Shown: piece by piece, positions 1-12,725 of the stretch
Position numbering within the stretch: the first letter of the stretch is position 1
How the letters are laid out: every line of letters begins with the position of its first letter
Assembly: GCF_001194135.2 (NCBI RefSeq)
Contig: NC_068982.1
Coordinates: forward strand, 181,925,093 to 181,986,248
DNA from: Octopus bimaculoides
Lineage: Eukaryota
DNA: 61,156 bases
Direction: 5' to 3'
Program-made: the position numbers and the translations under genes
Notes under the pieces: generated by a model
Seen by the model: only the letters and a program-made list of their open reading frames with translations
Database searches by the model: none
Told to the model about the DNA's origin: nothing

Positions 1-85
1 CCTTCACCAGTAATAAATACAGACCGCTCTACTTCTAAGAGTTTGTGCTTCTCTGTTTTTATGTTTTTTCTAAAACAAAAGATAA

Positions 86-99
86 GTGTGTGTGTGTGT

Positions 100-170
<71 letters not shown>
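86..170. repeat. (GT)n microsatellite
   Basis: Direct reading of an almost uninterrupted GT dinucleotide run. Confidence 0.97.
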
Positions 171-171
<1 letters not shown>

Positions 172-587
172 TAGAGTGCCTCTGTATCCTTTCGCCTATT
201 ATACTTATCTTAGATTATCTTTAAATTCTACGTCCGATAATGAAACACTTTCAATAATGCAGTTAGTAAAACATATTTTATGTCATGTACACAGCTATTA
301 TGAACCACTTTGAAGGAATGTTCGCTCTGGAAAATCGGATTAAAGGGCGAAAGGAGACAGAATTGTCTAACTAAATATATGAAACGCTAAAACTGTTAGG
401 TTAATTGAAATTCCATTTGTTATACAATTTAGTACTGAGACGAATAAGGCATTCACATTAGAATATTTGAAAATAATTTCCTCTTGGGTTAAACGTGCGT
501 AAACTAAATATATTGCATGATGTAGAATATTGAATATATTACTGAATATAATATCTCACACTGTTAATATTTCAATAAACATTTAAG

Positions 588-795
588 AGGTGGCTGAATG
601 TTTTGCACACCGGGCAAAATGATTAGTAGCATTTTGTCCGACTTTACGTTCTGAGTCAAAATTCTACGGATGTCATCGTTGTCTTTCAACATTTCGGGAT
701 CGATAACATAAATACCATTTAAGCACTGGGCGCCGCGTAATCGACGTGATTGACTTCTTACTCCCTCCCTTGCAATTAATGTCTTTAGGCTAAAA
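588..795 (+). mobile_element. Degenerate tRNA-derived SINE, family A
   Basis: aggtggctga...ttctgagtcaaaattc (B-box-like)...cggg-tcgataa...gtaatcgac body, shared with the better copy at 25486-25703. Confidence 0.7.
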
Positions 796-816
796 TTTTA
801 AAGTGATATTTCAATA

Positions 817-850
<34 letters not shown>

Positions 851-1269
851 NNNNNNNNNNNNNNNNNNNNNNNNNNNNNNNNNNNNNNNNNNNNNNNNNN
901 NNNNNNNNNNNNNNNNNNNNNNNNNNNNNNNNNNNNNNNNNNNNNNNNNNNNNNNNNNNNNNNNNNNNNNNNNNNNNNNNNNNNNNNNNNNNNNNNNNNN
1001 NNNNNNNNNNNNNNNNNNNNNNNNNNNNNNNNNNNNNNNNNNNNNNNNNNNNNNNNNNNNNNNNNNNNNNNNNNNNNNNNNNNNNNNNNNNNNNNNNNNN
1101 NNNNNNNNNNNNNNNNNNNNNNNNNNNNNNNNNNNNNNNNNNNNNNNNNNNNNNNNNNNNNNNNNNNNNNNNNNNNNNNNNNNNNNNNNNNNNNNNNNNN
1201 NNNNNNNNNNNNNNNNNNNNNNNNNNNNNNNNNNNNNNNNNNNNNNNNNNNNNNNNNNNNNNNNNNNNN

Positions 1270-1300
<31 letters not shown>

Positions 1301-1301
<1 letters not shown>

Positions 1302-1467
1302 CAGGAGGAGTGCACCTAGAACGTTACCCTCCGAGGCACAAGTCCGGGCACGATGTTTATGGAAGGTCAGCAGTTGCCCATGCATACCACCCTCAACTCT
1401 CCACACTGATGTTAACCAAGGGAAAGCCATAGGCCGATACAGCTTGGCACCAGTCATGTCGCAACTC
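1301..1467 (-). mobile_element. SINE-like interspersed repeat fragment
   Basis: GC-richer segment ending ggccgatacagcttggcaccagtcatgtcgcaactc that abruptly truncates the adjacent LINE; recognised from memory as a cephalopod repeat, single copy in this window. Confidence 0.55.
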
Positions 1468-2545
1468 TCCTTCACATAGGATGGCTCCAAGCTTTTTTCC
1501 ATCTCCATCAGTATTGTTTTTCGGCGGGACCTTTCACTACTTTTAGGATGTTGATTGAAGTGATTTTCCACCTTCGTCCGTCGTCTCTGGATGATCCTCC
1601 TCTTCCTTAGATTTGTGTTCCTTTTTCTGTTGGCTCTGTGATCTGGGACACATTTCTGGCATATGCGTTGCACAACAGACATGAAATATTATAGTTTCAT
1701 GCCAATGTCTTGTGTGGAGATACATTTCGACCACTCCTGTCTGTGGATCTCTTTTTGGATCGATTTCAAGTCTGCTTAGTGGAAGTTCAGATTGGAGAGA
1801 TTTTAGGTGCTTTCTCTGTATGTCTCTGGCTACTTTTGGTCCATACATAAACAGCTCTATCATGTTGTAATCCGAAACCAATGTCGGAATCACTTTCACA
1901 TTATGAACGACGTCCAAATTCCTTGTGAAACAGAGATTCAAAATGTTATTCGCCCTGGCTGGTCGGAGTACAATTGATCTATGAATAGGCGATCCTTGAG
2001 TTTGAGCAGGGACTACACCTGTACTTGTTTGCAATGAATCGTTTATGAGAGCATGAGGCCCGGGGGCCATTTGAGATTTGGGAAGTTGAAATCACCCATA
2101 AGAAACACGCTCACATGAAGTTCCAGTTTCATGAAACTTTCATTTCTTCTTATGAGGAAATATTCAAACTTTAGCGGGTGCTTCGGAGGATCCGGTGGGT
2201 GATGTGTATTGCATATGACAATATTGTGTTGTTTCATGTATACAACTACAGTGTCACCTACTGAATTTGAATACGACAGTAGGACTTGAAGTGTGAGGTC
2301 TCCAAGGATGTATGCAGCAACTAAACCATGGCTCGTTATTCTTCTGTCTGTTTGCAGTATGGTATATTATGATACGTGTACTTCTGCATCCTCTCTATCA
2401 GGCCTCGGGTGAGTTTCCATGAGTGCTATGCGTAGGGCTTGATTGTATGCAATAAGGTCTCTAAGGAAAAAGATTGTGCTTTTGTTCTTGTGATGCAATA
2501 GGTCTCCAATATTTCTTTAAAATATTGGCGTGACGACTGTGCTAT
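1468..2545 (-). pseudogene. LINE ORF2 fragment: apurinic-type (APE) endonuclease plus linker, CR1/L2/Jockey-like group
   Basis: Manual translation with stops and frameshifts: NIGDLLHHKNKS..LRDL..IALMETH..DAEVHVS*YTILQTDRR..SHGLVAAYI, VFLMGDFNFPNLKW, RANNILNLCFT, LVSDYNMIE (SDH motif decayed). No RT domain present. Confidence 0.88.
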
Positions 2546-3797
2546 TGTTAGTGGAGCCCATCCCTTGCTTGTAGACAGTCGTGATCTTGCACAGCGATAG
2601 GCAAGATTGTGTGTTTGCGCACGCACGCACACGCACACATACACACACACATACATATATANNNNNNNNNNNNNNNNNNNNNNNNNNNNNNNNNNNNNNN
2701 NNNNNNNNNNNNNNNNNNNNNNNNNNNNNNNNNNNNNNNNNNNNNNNNNNNNNNNNNNNNAGAGAGAGAGAGAGAGAGAGAGAGAAGAAGATATATTATT
2801 TATGCAACTTCCATAAGTTTGAAAACTTTCTCATCTTTTACCCCCGTTCAGTTAAATAGCAACCACTCTCTTTGTGAGGACTTTTATATTAGATTTGCGA
2901 AAATAACATCTAAATCCTTGAAGTTATCCTACCTTTCTTTTAGTGTTTGCAACAATTGCTGTAATGATTTGGTTTGAAGGAATTTAGGAAGAATTAATAA
3001 TGTTTTGCGTACAACACTCGGTGTATATTCTCAAATTATTTGCTCAATTTCCTTCTATTCCATCTTTTAATATATTCCAGGAACCATACGTAGTTATTTT
3101 TCGTCTTTAACAGAAAAGATATATAATCAATAGTTAAATCTTATGGCGTTGAAGTGCATCATTTTGGTAAGGCATGAATGGCTGGATTATAGCTACAGCT
3201 GTCCCTTGATTGCAAAAGAAAGTGGTTCTCCTTTAGAAAATCTCAGTTTATTTTCCAAGATTAACATTGAATCTGTTGTGCAAGCATTTTCTTTCATCTG
3301 TGTATTACACAAATTTTAAAAGCTTGAAATTATCTCCACGTTCCTTTTGAAATTTTTTACATTTGAAGTTAATCTTATGTTTTCTTTCCCGAATGAAGAT
3401 AAATATCATAATTATTTCAAAGTTTTTACGTTCAGTTTTCTCTCCGTCAGTCCTTTATTTGTCGAAATTCACACCATTAACCCTCTATAGCAATTTTCAT
3501 CTCGTTGTTTACATCTGTATTTTTGGAAATAAAGGCCTAATCTTATTTAATCAGTGTTTATTTAATTACACATGTCCGGAATCAACAACCTTAGGTCCAG
3601 TCACTCAAGTGTACAGTCACTGTTATTAAAAGTTCAGCATTTAATCATCTTTTTATTTTGTCGTCACTTCAATAATCTCATTTAAATTTCCTGTAAAGCC
3701 ATATTTAACTCTCATTAAGAGATATCTCTGAGTTGTAGTCGTTTTGATGGTAGTTTCACTGCACTGGCTAGGCCATTTGGAATCATATCGTGAGCAT

Positions 3798-4330
3798 ATT
3801 CTTGTATAATTCTGTAAACATAGAGTAGGCGAGTATTATAAATGTTTAAGTGTAAATATATTTGCCTTCGTCTATGTAAATATTATTGCATAAATGTATT
3901 TAGGTAAAATTCTTTTGTTAATGAATTTATTCAAATGCTTTCTCATAGATTATCTTTGTGCATTTGATGTTATCTACACATCTTTTCTAAAATAAATGTG
4001 ACTGGGTAAACATAATTGTGTAAACGTATTTGCGCACTTATCTTTGTGTAGATGTATTTGTGAATCTAAACTGTGAATCAAATTGTGTAACAGACTTTGT
4101 ATTCATTCGAAACAATGTTTGTTTCCATAAAATGAACAAAAACTCGAAGCAAAAATCTGCAGTTTTTGTATTTGATTTCTAGCAATACCCAGTAAATTGA
4201 CTGTGGTGATGTATACTACTATTATTTGCATGGAACTTTGCTCTGGCAGTGTTTGGAGGCAAACATAAATGAGTAAATGAGTAGCGGGATGGTTGCAAAC
4301 TGAGCCATGATCTTTGTGCACACGGCTGCA
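3798..4330 (-). repeat. Left arm of long imperfect inverted repeat (pairs with 5112-5659)
   Basis: Its reverse complement aligns colinearly with 5112-5659, e.g. acaaagtctgttacacaatttg and ttttacctaaatacatttatgcaataatatttacatagacgaa are shared. Confidence 0.93.
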
Positions 4331-4635
4331 ATACAAGATTGACGGGGAAAATGCTCCCCCTCAAAATCTGAACCTTTAAACAGAGAATCAAAAAACGATA
4401 CCCAGTCGCTAAGCTAAAGGCTGTTCATTATTTTTTTCTAATTAATCTATAACCTCTCTATAACAGACGGAGTAATTTGCGTTTCTGGAAATTGATTTGT
4501 AGTTGAATCGCTCTTTAGGTATAAATGATTCGGAATCAGGAGTGAGTGTCTAGCCAGTTATCCTCTCCAGTTGAAGTGCCAATTAAATCACCATTAAATA
4601 ATACGTAAAGCTTAGAAATACAAATACAGAAACTG

Positions 4636-4659
4636 TCTGTCTCTCTCTCTCTGTCTCTC

Positions 4660-4754
<95 letters not shown>
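4636..4754. repeat. (CT)n microsatellite
   Basis: Direct reading; lies in the spacer of the 3798-5659 palindrome. Confidence 0.97.
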
Positions 4755-4757
<3 letters not shown>

Positions 4758-5111
4758 TTTCTAGTCATGAGGAATTCGGAAATAAAACCATCAAATAACT
4801 CAACTTGAAATCGTCAGACTCAAAATATCTACCTATATCTCATAATGAAACCAGGTATTTCAAATTGCTCCAAGTTCCTCACACATTTGGATCGATCTTT
4901 AGATATGTTAAATATCAAGTCATTAGGTGACAAGAGAACTCAATAAAACTACATTGAAATATTGAACGTAAGCTGTTGATGTCAATGTTGTGCAAACATA
5001 CGACAGCCTTGATATCCCCAGACAAAACATAAATGACACTCCAGATTTAACCATTCCACCATAATATATCTAATACAGCTTTACACATTTTTGATGGTGA
5101 TTCACCTGTTC

Positions 5112-5659
5112 TAGCCCTGTGCTGTACAAAGATAATGTCTCAGTTTGAAACCATCCCCCCACACATTTACTTTTATCTTCAAACATCGACAGAGCAAAGT
5201 TCTGTGCAAAAAATAGTAGCATACATCTCCACAATCAATTTACTGGATATCGCTACAAATATAAATATAAAAACTGTAAATTTTTGTTTCGAATTATTGC
5301 TCAATTTTTGTTTATTTTATGGGAAAAAAATATTGTTTTGTTTCGTATGAAAACAAAGTCTGTTACACAATTTGCCACGAACAAACTTACATTCATATAT
5401 ACGCCAACACAAATATATGTGTGCAAATACGTTTACACAATTATATTTACCCAAAGACATTACTTTTAGGAAAGATATGTACATAAAAACAAATACACAA
5501 AGGCGATTTACTAAAAAGTATTTGAATAAATTCATTAACAAAAGACTTTTACCTAAATACATTTATGCAATAATATTTACATAGACGAATGCAAATATCT
5601 TTACTCTTAAATATTTATACATACTCGTCTACACTCTGTTTTCCGAATTATATAAGAAT
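5112..5659 (+). repeat. Right arm of long imperfect inverted repeat (pairs with 3798-4330)
   Basis: See left arm; related AT-rich sub-repeats (tttagacaaag, tttacacaaag) continue to about 5760. Confidence 0.93.
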
Positions 5660-6037
5660 GAATATTTAGACAAAGCAGTTTAAACAAAAATGTTTAGACA
5701 AAGATGCTTATAAAAGGTATTTACACAAAGACAATTGCCTAGACGTTTATGCAGTCATATCTATAAATAAAAACTCGATTACAAAACTTATTAACCTCAT
5801 AATAACATTAGAAAATACACGGTTTCTAGTTTAAGCAAATGATCATCAAAATGTCAATGTCCTTACGTTTTGAAGTTATTTGGTGTGTTATAAAGTATTT
5901 ACTGTCACATTTGACGAAGCTACTTTGTACATATCAGAAATACGCGCGCGCGCATACGTACATATACATGTATACATACACATATATGTATACATATATA
6001 TATATATACAATATACATACATATATATGTATGTTTA

Positions 6038-6076
<39 letters not shown>

Positions 6077-6603
6077 NNNNNNNNNNNNNNNNNNNNNNNN
6101 NNNNNNNNNNNNNNNNNNNNNNNNNNNNNNNNNNNNNNNNNNNNNNNNNNNNNNNNNNNNNNNNNNNNNNNNNNNNNNNNNNNNNNNNNNNNNNNNNNNN
6201 NNNNNNNNNNNNNNNNNNNNNNNNNNNNNNNNNNNNNNNNNNNNNNNNNNNNNNNNNNNNNNNNNNNNNNNNNNNNNNNNNNNNNNNNNNNNNNNNNNNN
6301 NNNNNNNNNNNNNNNNNNNNNNNNNNNNNNNNNNNNNNNNNNNNNNNNNNNNNNNNNNNNNNNNNNNNNNNNNNNNNNNNNNNNNNNNNNNNNNNNNNNN
6401 NNNNNNNNNNNNNNNNNNNNNNNNNNNNNNNNNNNNNNNNNNNNNNNNNNNNNNNNNNNNNNNNNNNNNNNNNNNNNNNNNNNNNNNNNNNNNNNNNNNN
6501 NNNNNNNNNNNNNNNNNNNNNNNNNNNNNNNNNNNNNNNNNNNNNNNNNNNNNNNNNNNTATATATATATATATATATTATGATTAATATTATTAGTATC
6601 ATT

Positions 6604-7112
6604 GAGTGAGAGAGCAGCGCATTCCATCAAGTGACACTGGGGTACAAATATTCGAAGCCCAATATACCCATCTTGACTACACATCTGATGAAGTAAAAGA
6701 AATGCATTACATGGTGATCTAATACGAAAATAAACAGTGCATGACCTCTGCAGATGTGACCCATTTATAATTTTCTTGAGGTTGAGTAACGCTTCCCGCT
6801 CACAACTCCATTGAATAAGGGTTGTTTAAGTATCATGAATGAAACGTCCACGTTCAAGAAGTGAACCACTGGAATACCAAATAATGCACTATGATGCTCG
6901 CACACTACTCATCATCGTGATCAGAGATTCGCACATCCTCCGCAGGTTAAGGTCAAGTAACTGACTAACTAATCCGAGGTACTAAGCAGAATATTTGCTA
7001 TAGACCATCTTTTGCAGCAAGCCAAATCATGTACATGATAAAACTTGCAATAAGTTGAGATGAGAAGGTCATAAGAGCCACTGCCTACACTGCCTAGTAC
7101 TGCATCAGGACA
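6604..7112 (-). mobile_element. About 500-bp interspersed repeat abutting a trinucleotide array
   Basis: Non-coding segment gagtgagagagcag...gagccactgcc...tactgcatcaggacat, recalled as a common octopus repeat; orientation uncertain. Confidence 0.5.
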
Positions 7113-7198
7113 TTCTTCTTCTTCTTCTTCTTCTTCTTCTTCTTCTTCTTCTTTTTCTTCTTTTTCCTCTTCTTCTTCTTCTTCTTCTTCTTCTTCTT

Positions 7199-7287
<89 letters not shown>

Positions 7288-7294
7288 CATTATT

Positions 7295-7360
<66 letters not shown>

Positions 7361-7361
7361 T
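7113..7361. repeat. Compound (TTC)n(TTA)n(TCA)n(TTA)n microsatellite
   Basis: Direct reading; source of the spurious poly-N/D/K and poly-M/I/R ORFs. Confidence 0.97.
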
Positions 7362-8286
7362 ATGTATATGTGTATGTGCATACATATATATGTATATGTT
7401 AACTATACGTACATATGGGCGCATGTGTATATATGCAAGTGACGTTATATGCATGTGTGCATATAAACATACACATGTTATCAAAACTGTTAAGAGTAGA
7501 TATATTTTGCTGGAAACGCTATTGCGTAGAGGTACCAATTCAAAATTTCATTAACCAATGGGCACCGATGGACTTATAGGCATCTATATTAATTGCATTT
7601 ATAGGAGTGATGAGTATAAAATATACGGGTTTGTGCGTGTGTTTATGTGTATGTACATGCATATGCGTGTAAGCGTGTGTGTATAGGTATATGCGTGAAT
7701 GTTTGTGTATGTGTGTGTATAGGGACAGGTTTCAAAGAAAAGCAACTACATATGGTATACATAGGGGAAAAGTAAAAAAGAGAACAGAAAATGCACATAA
7801 AAGCTTTTTTAAGAAAGGCAAGTATATATACCTACAATTAGATTATGTGCGGTGGAATTATGAAGTTTATAAATCATTATTATGAACCATTGTAGAGATT
7901 CCAAGTCATACCGGTATCGTCAGAGCTGATCACTTACTTTGATTCTACATGATTCATAATGATGATTTATATACTATATAATTCTACCTCAAGTAATCTA
8001 ATTGTACGTATATATCTTTGCTTTTCTTTAACAAACGCCTTTATTTTTTATATCTAATGTGCATTTTCTCTGTTTTCTTTTTTACTCCTCCCTTACATGT
8101 GTATACATATCGCAATGATCAACCACTAGCCACTAAAGCTTTTTTTTTATTCTCTCACGGTTTATTTTCTCGTTTTCCATTCTGTTGAAGAGCTTAGGCT
8201 GGAACTTTAAAGACTTTCTCACCTTAGACTAATGCACCTGTTTGTTGTTTATACAACAGTCGTCTTTTTTTTTTGTAGATTCGAAC

Positions 8287-8319
<33 letters not shown>

Positions 8320-8344
8320 ATGTGTGTATACATATATATCTATC

Positions 8345-8414
<70 letters not shown>
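8287..8414. repeat. (AT)n/(GT)n compound microsatellite
   Basis: Direct reading. Confidence 0.95.
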
Positions 8415-8417
<3 letters not shown>

Positions 8418-8816
8418 TTGTATATTTGTTATCATTTCTTATAAATGAATATTTTAATCTTTTTATTAACTATAAATTTACCTTATTTACATCTATTTTT
8501 CCTCAACATCTCTATTTGACTATTTATTTTTCTAGTTTTCTTTATTTTATTTCACGCGACCATATAATAATACAAATTATAAATCATAATATTTAGAATG
8601 CTGAAACGAACTGATAGGTCCACATATAGCATCTGTAGGTACAGCATTTTCTTTGATGAAATTATGCTCATGACACAGAAATGCAAATTTAATGTACAAA
8701 TTTGCAATTAAATTATTGAGAATTAATTTAAACAGCTGTACGAAATACGGGTGACCAATCTGTTAATAATAAATAATTGTTAACTTCCAGCTCTCCATTT
8801 TATTTTTTCCATTTAA

Positions 8817-8870
<54 letters not shown>

Positions 8871-8871
8871 T

Positions 8872-9031
8872 CCACAAGCTATTCTCTGTTTCCCTCTACC
8901 AAATCCACTCACAAGGATATAGCCATGCTACTATACTAGAAGGCATTTGCCAAGGTTCCATACACCGTGATTGAACTCGGAGCAATGTGGTTGGGAAGCA
9001 AGCTTCTTAATATACCCCTACACCTGTGCCT
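8872..9031 (-). mobile_element. tRNA-derived SINE family B, 5' half, degenerate
   Basis: ctaccaaatccactcacaagg and tggttgggaagcaagcttctta match the reverse complement of the full copy at 23167-23584. Confidence 0.85.
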
Positions 9032-10614
9032 ATTCATTACTCAACTCAGCATGCAGCTCTCCAGGTGTTTTTGTGTTACATGTTTTCCCCTATATGAATT
9101 GACCCATTCATTCTAAGTTAGTAAAGCAACACTGTTATCAAGCCTTATTGGCAACTGAAGCTCAACTTCGTAATTAACTAAATTTGCGTTAGTACTAAAT
9201 GCAATCATGTCAGAATTCGAAACCTAAATGATTTTGCTATCTGGAAACATCTTTGTCTATTCTATATATATATCAAATCATCATTAAAATGCTACGATAC
9301 ACAGTACACATTGAACACGAAATACATATATGTAAGTGTATCCAGATAGAAAATAAAAAGTTAGAATATAAAATATAGGGCCCACAATTTTGACTTATTC
9401 ATAATCGATTGCATAGTGACATTCTTAGATTTCTTTTTCAAAAAATGTATAACACCCGATTCAGTTTTTTGTGTTTTAATATTCGTGGCATGTGTTAAAG
9501 TAGAGTGTCTACTCTCCTCGTACGTAGACACATTCACACAAAGATAAATTTTTATTTTTAAGATATAGAGACCTAGAAGCATATACAGACATACAAACAT
9601 ATGGATACACGTGTCTGCGTGTACGTGTGTCTGCTTATAATTATGTTTGCGTGTATATGTGTGTAAGTGTGTGTGAGTATGTGTGTTAGTATGTAGATCA
9701 CTATGTGCGTTTATGCCCTAGTGGTAAGTGAGGGAGAAAGCGAATCTGTTCGAGTGTTTTCAATTTTGCCATTTCATTTCTTTTACAACAAGCTCTGCTG
9801 GAAAGGAAATTTTACATATTTGTTTACTTGATTTAATATCTGATGCAATATAACGTAAAACGTTTCTAATACGAGAACACCTGCTGTGAAAATGTTTTTT
9901 CTCAAACTTACTTTTTCCAGCAATATTACAATATTTGATTACTTAAAAGGAACTAAAATTTCAATCCTTCACAATCAATATTGCAGATACAGTTATACAC
10001 CTACACAAACAATAAGGTATGTATATATGCATCTTAGGCTTCGATTATTGGAATTTTATTAATATGTGTAACTTTTACTGGTAAGTATTTTTTCTTTTTT
10101 TTTAAGCTGCGAGTGTTTTGCGATTATATGTGACACATTTTAATATCCTAAGCATTAGACTACATCGATTATTTAAAACTAGCAGATTTTATTTATAATA
10201 ATGTATTTTGTAAGGATATATGTGTGTTCGTGTAATTACATATATATTCGGAGTCATATATTTCAGTATATGTATATATATATATATNNNNNNNNNNNNN
10301 NNNNNNNNNNNNNNNNNNNNNNNNNNNNNNNNNNNNNNNNNNNNNNNNNNNNNNNNNNNNNNNNNNNNNNNNNNNNNNNNNNNNNNNNNNNNNNNNNNNN
10401 NNNNNNNNNNNNNNNNNNNNNNNNNNNNNNNNNNNNNNNNNNNNNNNNNNNNNNNNNNNNNNNNNNNNNNNNNNNNNNNNNNNNNNNNNNNNNNNNNNNN
10501 NNNNNNNNNNNNNNNNNNNNNNNNNNNNNNNNNNNNNNNNNNNNNNNNNNNNNNNNNNNNNNNNNNNNNNNNNNNNNNNNNNNNNNNNNNNNNNNNNNNN
10601 NNNNNNNNNNNNNN

Positions 10615-10649
<35 letters not shown>

Positions 10650-11042
10650 CCATTCGTCTATACGATTCCTTCTGTTTTTAATTTCCGGTTTGGCTAAGTT
10701 CTGATAACATGCCTCTTTCGAATAAAGATATTTTGCAATTCTACGCAAAAAAACAGAAAGAGAGTAAAATTAATAAGCCTATGCACTCAGTCACTACAAA
10801 ATTTAGTGTAATAAATTAGAAGACATATTCTATAGCTTTCGGCATATCACTATATCACTTATCTGATTATCTGATTACCACTCTTTCTACAGACAGATAT
10901 TCTCTCTCCTTTTATCTTCCACAATTCCACACAGACATGAGAGTGTGCATGCGTGCTTGTACACATATACACACACATATACTATACACATGCATATACT
11001 TAGATATATACATATATGTGTGTATAATATATAGATATGTAT

Positions 11043-11043
<1 letters not shown>

Positions 11044-11115
<72 letters not shown>
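11044..11115. repeat. (GATA)n/(GA)n microsatellite
   Basis: Direct reading. Confidence 0.95.
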
Positions 11116-11193
11116 CATATATATCAGTCTCCTCTATCATTAACTTCTTTTCTGTATCTTTTTATTTATATCGTATGCATATATGCGTGCAGT

Positions 11194-11279
<86 letters not shown>

Positions 11280-12129
11280 CGGTCCCAAAAATATGGTACC
11301 AAACTATAGACAATACTCATTCTTTTTTGCAATCTTATTAAGATACTTACTAATTTCCGAACGTTTCCTATTGCATAGATATATCTTCTAGCATTTCTTT
11401 AGACATCAGTTCACCGTAAATGTTGACGTGGAATTTTCCTCTTTGTAGTTCTATCCTTCATACATCATGAAAAACAATGTCTTTCTTGCTTGAAGCTTTA
11501 GTCTCTATATTTTAGTTGTCAATATATGAATGGAAGTATCATAGATATTTGGAATGTTGAATCGATTGGTTCAGTCTATGTTTTCTTTATTCTTCACCTT
11601 AATTTTCTCTCCGTTTTCAATAAACAATACTCTCGCTAACACACAGAGGTACACACACACACACACACACATATACACGCAAGCACCTACACACACACAT
11701 ACATGCGCTCACCTGTGTGTGTGTGAGCGCGCGCGTCTGTGTGTGTTTGTGTGTGTGAGTGTAAGATAATGCACAGAATTATTCATATTTTCGTTTTCAA
11801 AACTTTTATGAGTAACTTATCTGTCCTCTTTGAATCTGTTTCAATATTTTTCAAATTATTTTTTCTTTCTGCAGAAATTCTGTCATTATTATAAGTGTGA
11901 TACTACTTCCAGTCGTAATGCCTTTCAAAAACTACCTCCTAAATCGATTAGCTTCATATATTTGCTTCTGATTATTTGCACTTTTCAAGAATTACACACA
12001 TACACCTATAATGATTCTATTCTTATTTTTTTACACACATTCAATGGTACAATTCTCTTGCGTCTTTTTATTTATTTTATTTTTTCGACTGCTTACATAT
12101 CTATCTCCATCCCTCTCTCTGTCTTCCCC

Positions 12130-12130
<1 letters not shown>

Positions 12131-12199
<69 letters not shown>

Positions 12200-12215
12200 G
12201 TTATTATTATTATAT
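12131..12215. repeat. (TAT)n microsatellite
   Basis: Direct reading. Confidence 0.96.
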
Positions 12216-12406
12216 TATATATATATATGCATGTATATGTTTATATGCGTATGTGTGTGTGTGTATGTATGTATGTATGTATATAAATACAATAACTCGA
12301 GGTAAAGCTCTAGATTATAGGAAACGTATTCCACTTTATACAGAAATATACCAATAGATATAACTGAAAGTGCAATATAAAATGCATAAATATAAATGTA
12401 ACACAA

Positions 12407-12588
12407 TTATTGGTTTCATATTTTGGACAAGGACCAGCAAGATCTGGGGAGGGGATAAATTGATTACATCGACTCTGGTGATCAACTGATATTCATTTTA
12501 TCAACCTCGAATGATGAAAGGCAAGTCGATAACAGCGGCATTTGACCTCCGAGGGTAAGTTGGAAGAAATCTCACTACGCATTTTCGT
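12407..12588 (-). mobile_element. SINE family A, truncated at the start of the 135-bp inverted repeat
   Basis: gattacatcgac..ttttatcaacctcgaatgatgaaaggcaagtcga..cggcatttga matches the reverse complement of 25486-25703; similarity stops at about 12588. Confidence 0.8.
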
Positions 12589-12589
12589 A

Positions 12590-12725
12590 TAGTGAAAAGG
12601 ATATTCTACAAAGGATATTGTGAAAGTAAAAGAACCCCCCCCCCCGAAAAAAAAACAATAAATAAATAAATAAAATAACGTTAACAGAAGCCAACAGACG
12701 AAGTTGAATATTTATAAACAGTGTT
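12590..12725 (+). repeat. Left copy of near-perfect 135-bp inverted repeat
   Basis: Reverse complement equals 15655-15788 except one substitution and a 2-nt homopolymer length difference. Confidence 0.97.

Noticed and set aside
2790-3790. Possible decayed transposase next to the foldback arm
   Set aside because: Minus-strand translation is Lys/Asn-rich with many stops and no diagnostic motif.
7885-8215. Two hammerhead-like strings (CTGACGA on minus near 7915; ctgttgaagagcttaggctggaac on plus near 8172)
   Set aside because: Core nucleotides or stem II are broken in both; cannot be supported without a family consensus.
9987-10081. Two adjacent plus-strand micro-exon candidates (IQLYTYTNNK; ASIIGILLICVTFT)
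   Set aside because: Separated by only about 21 nt, with weak pyrimidine tracts; expected by chance in AT-rich DNA.
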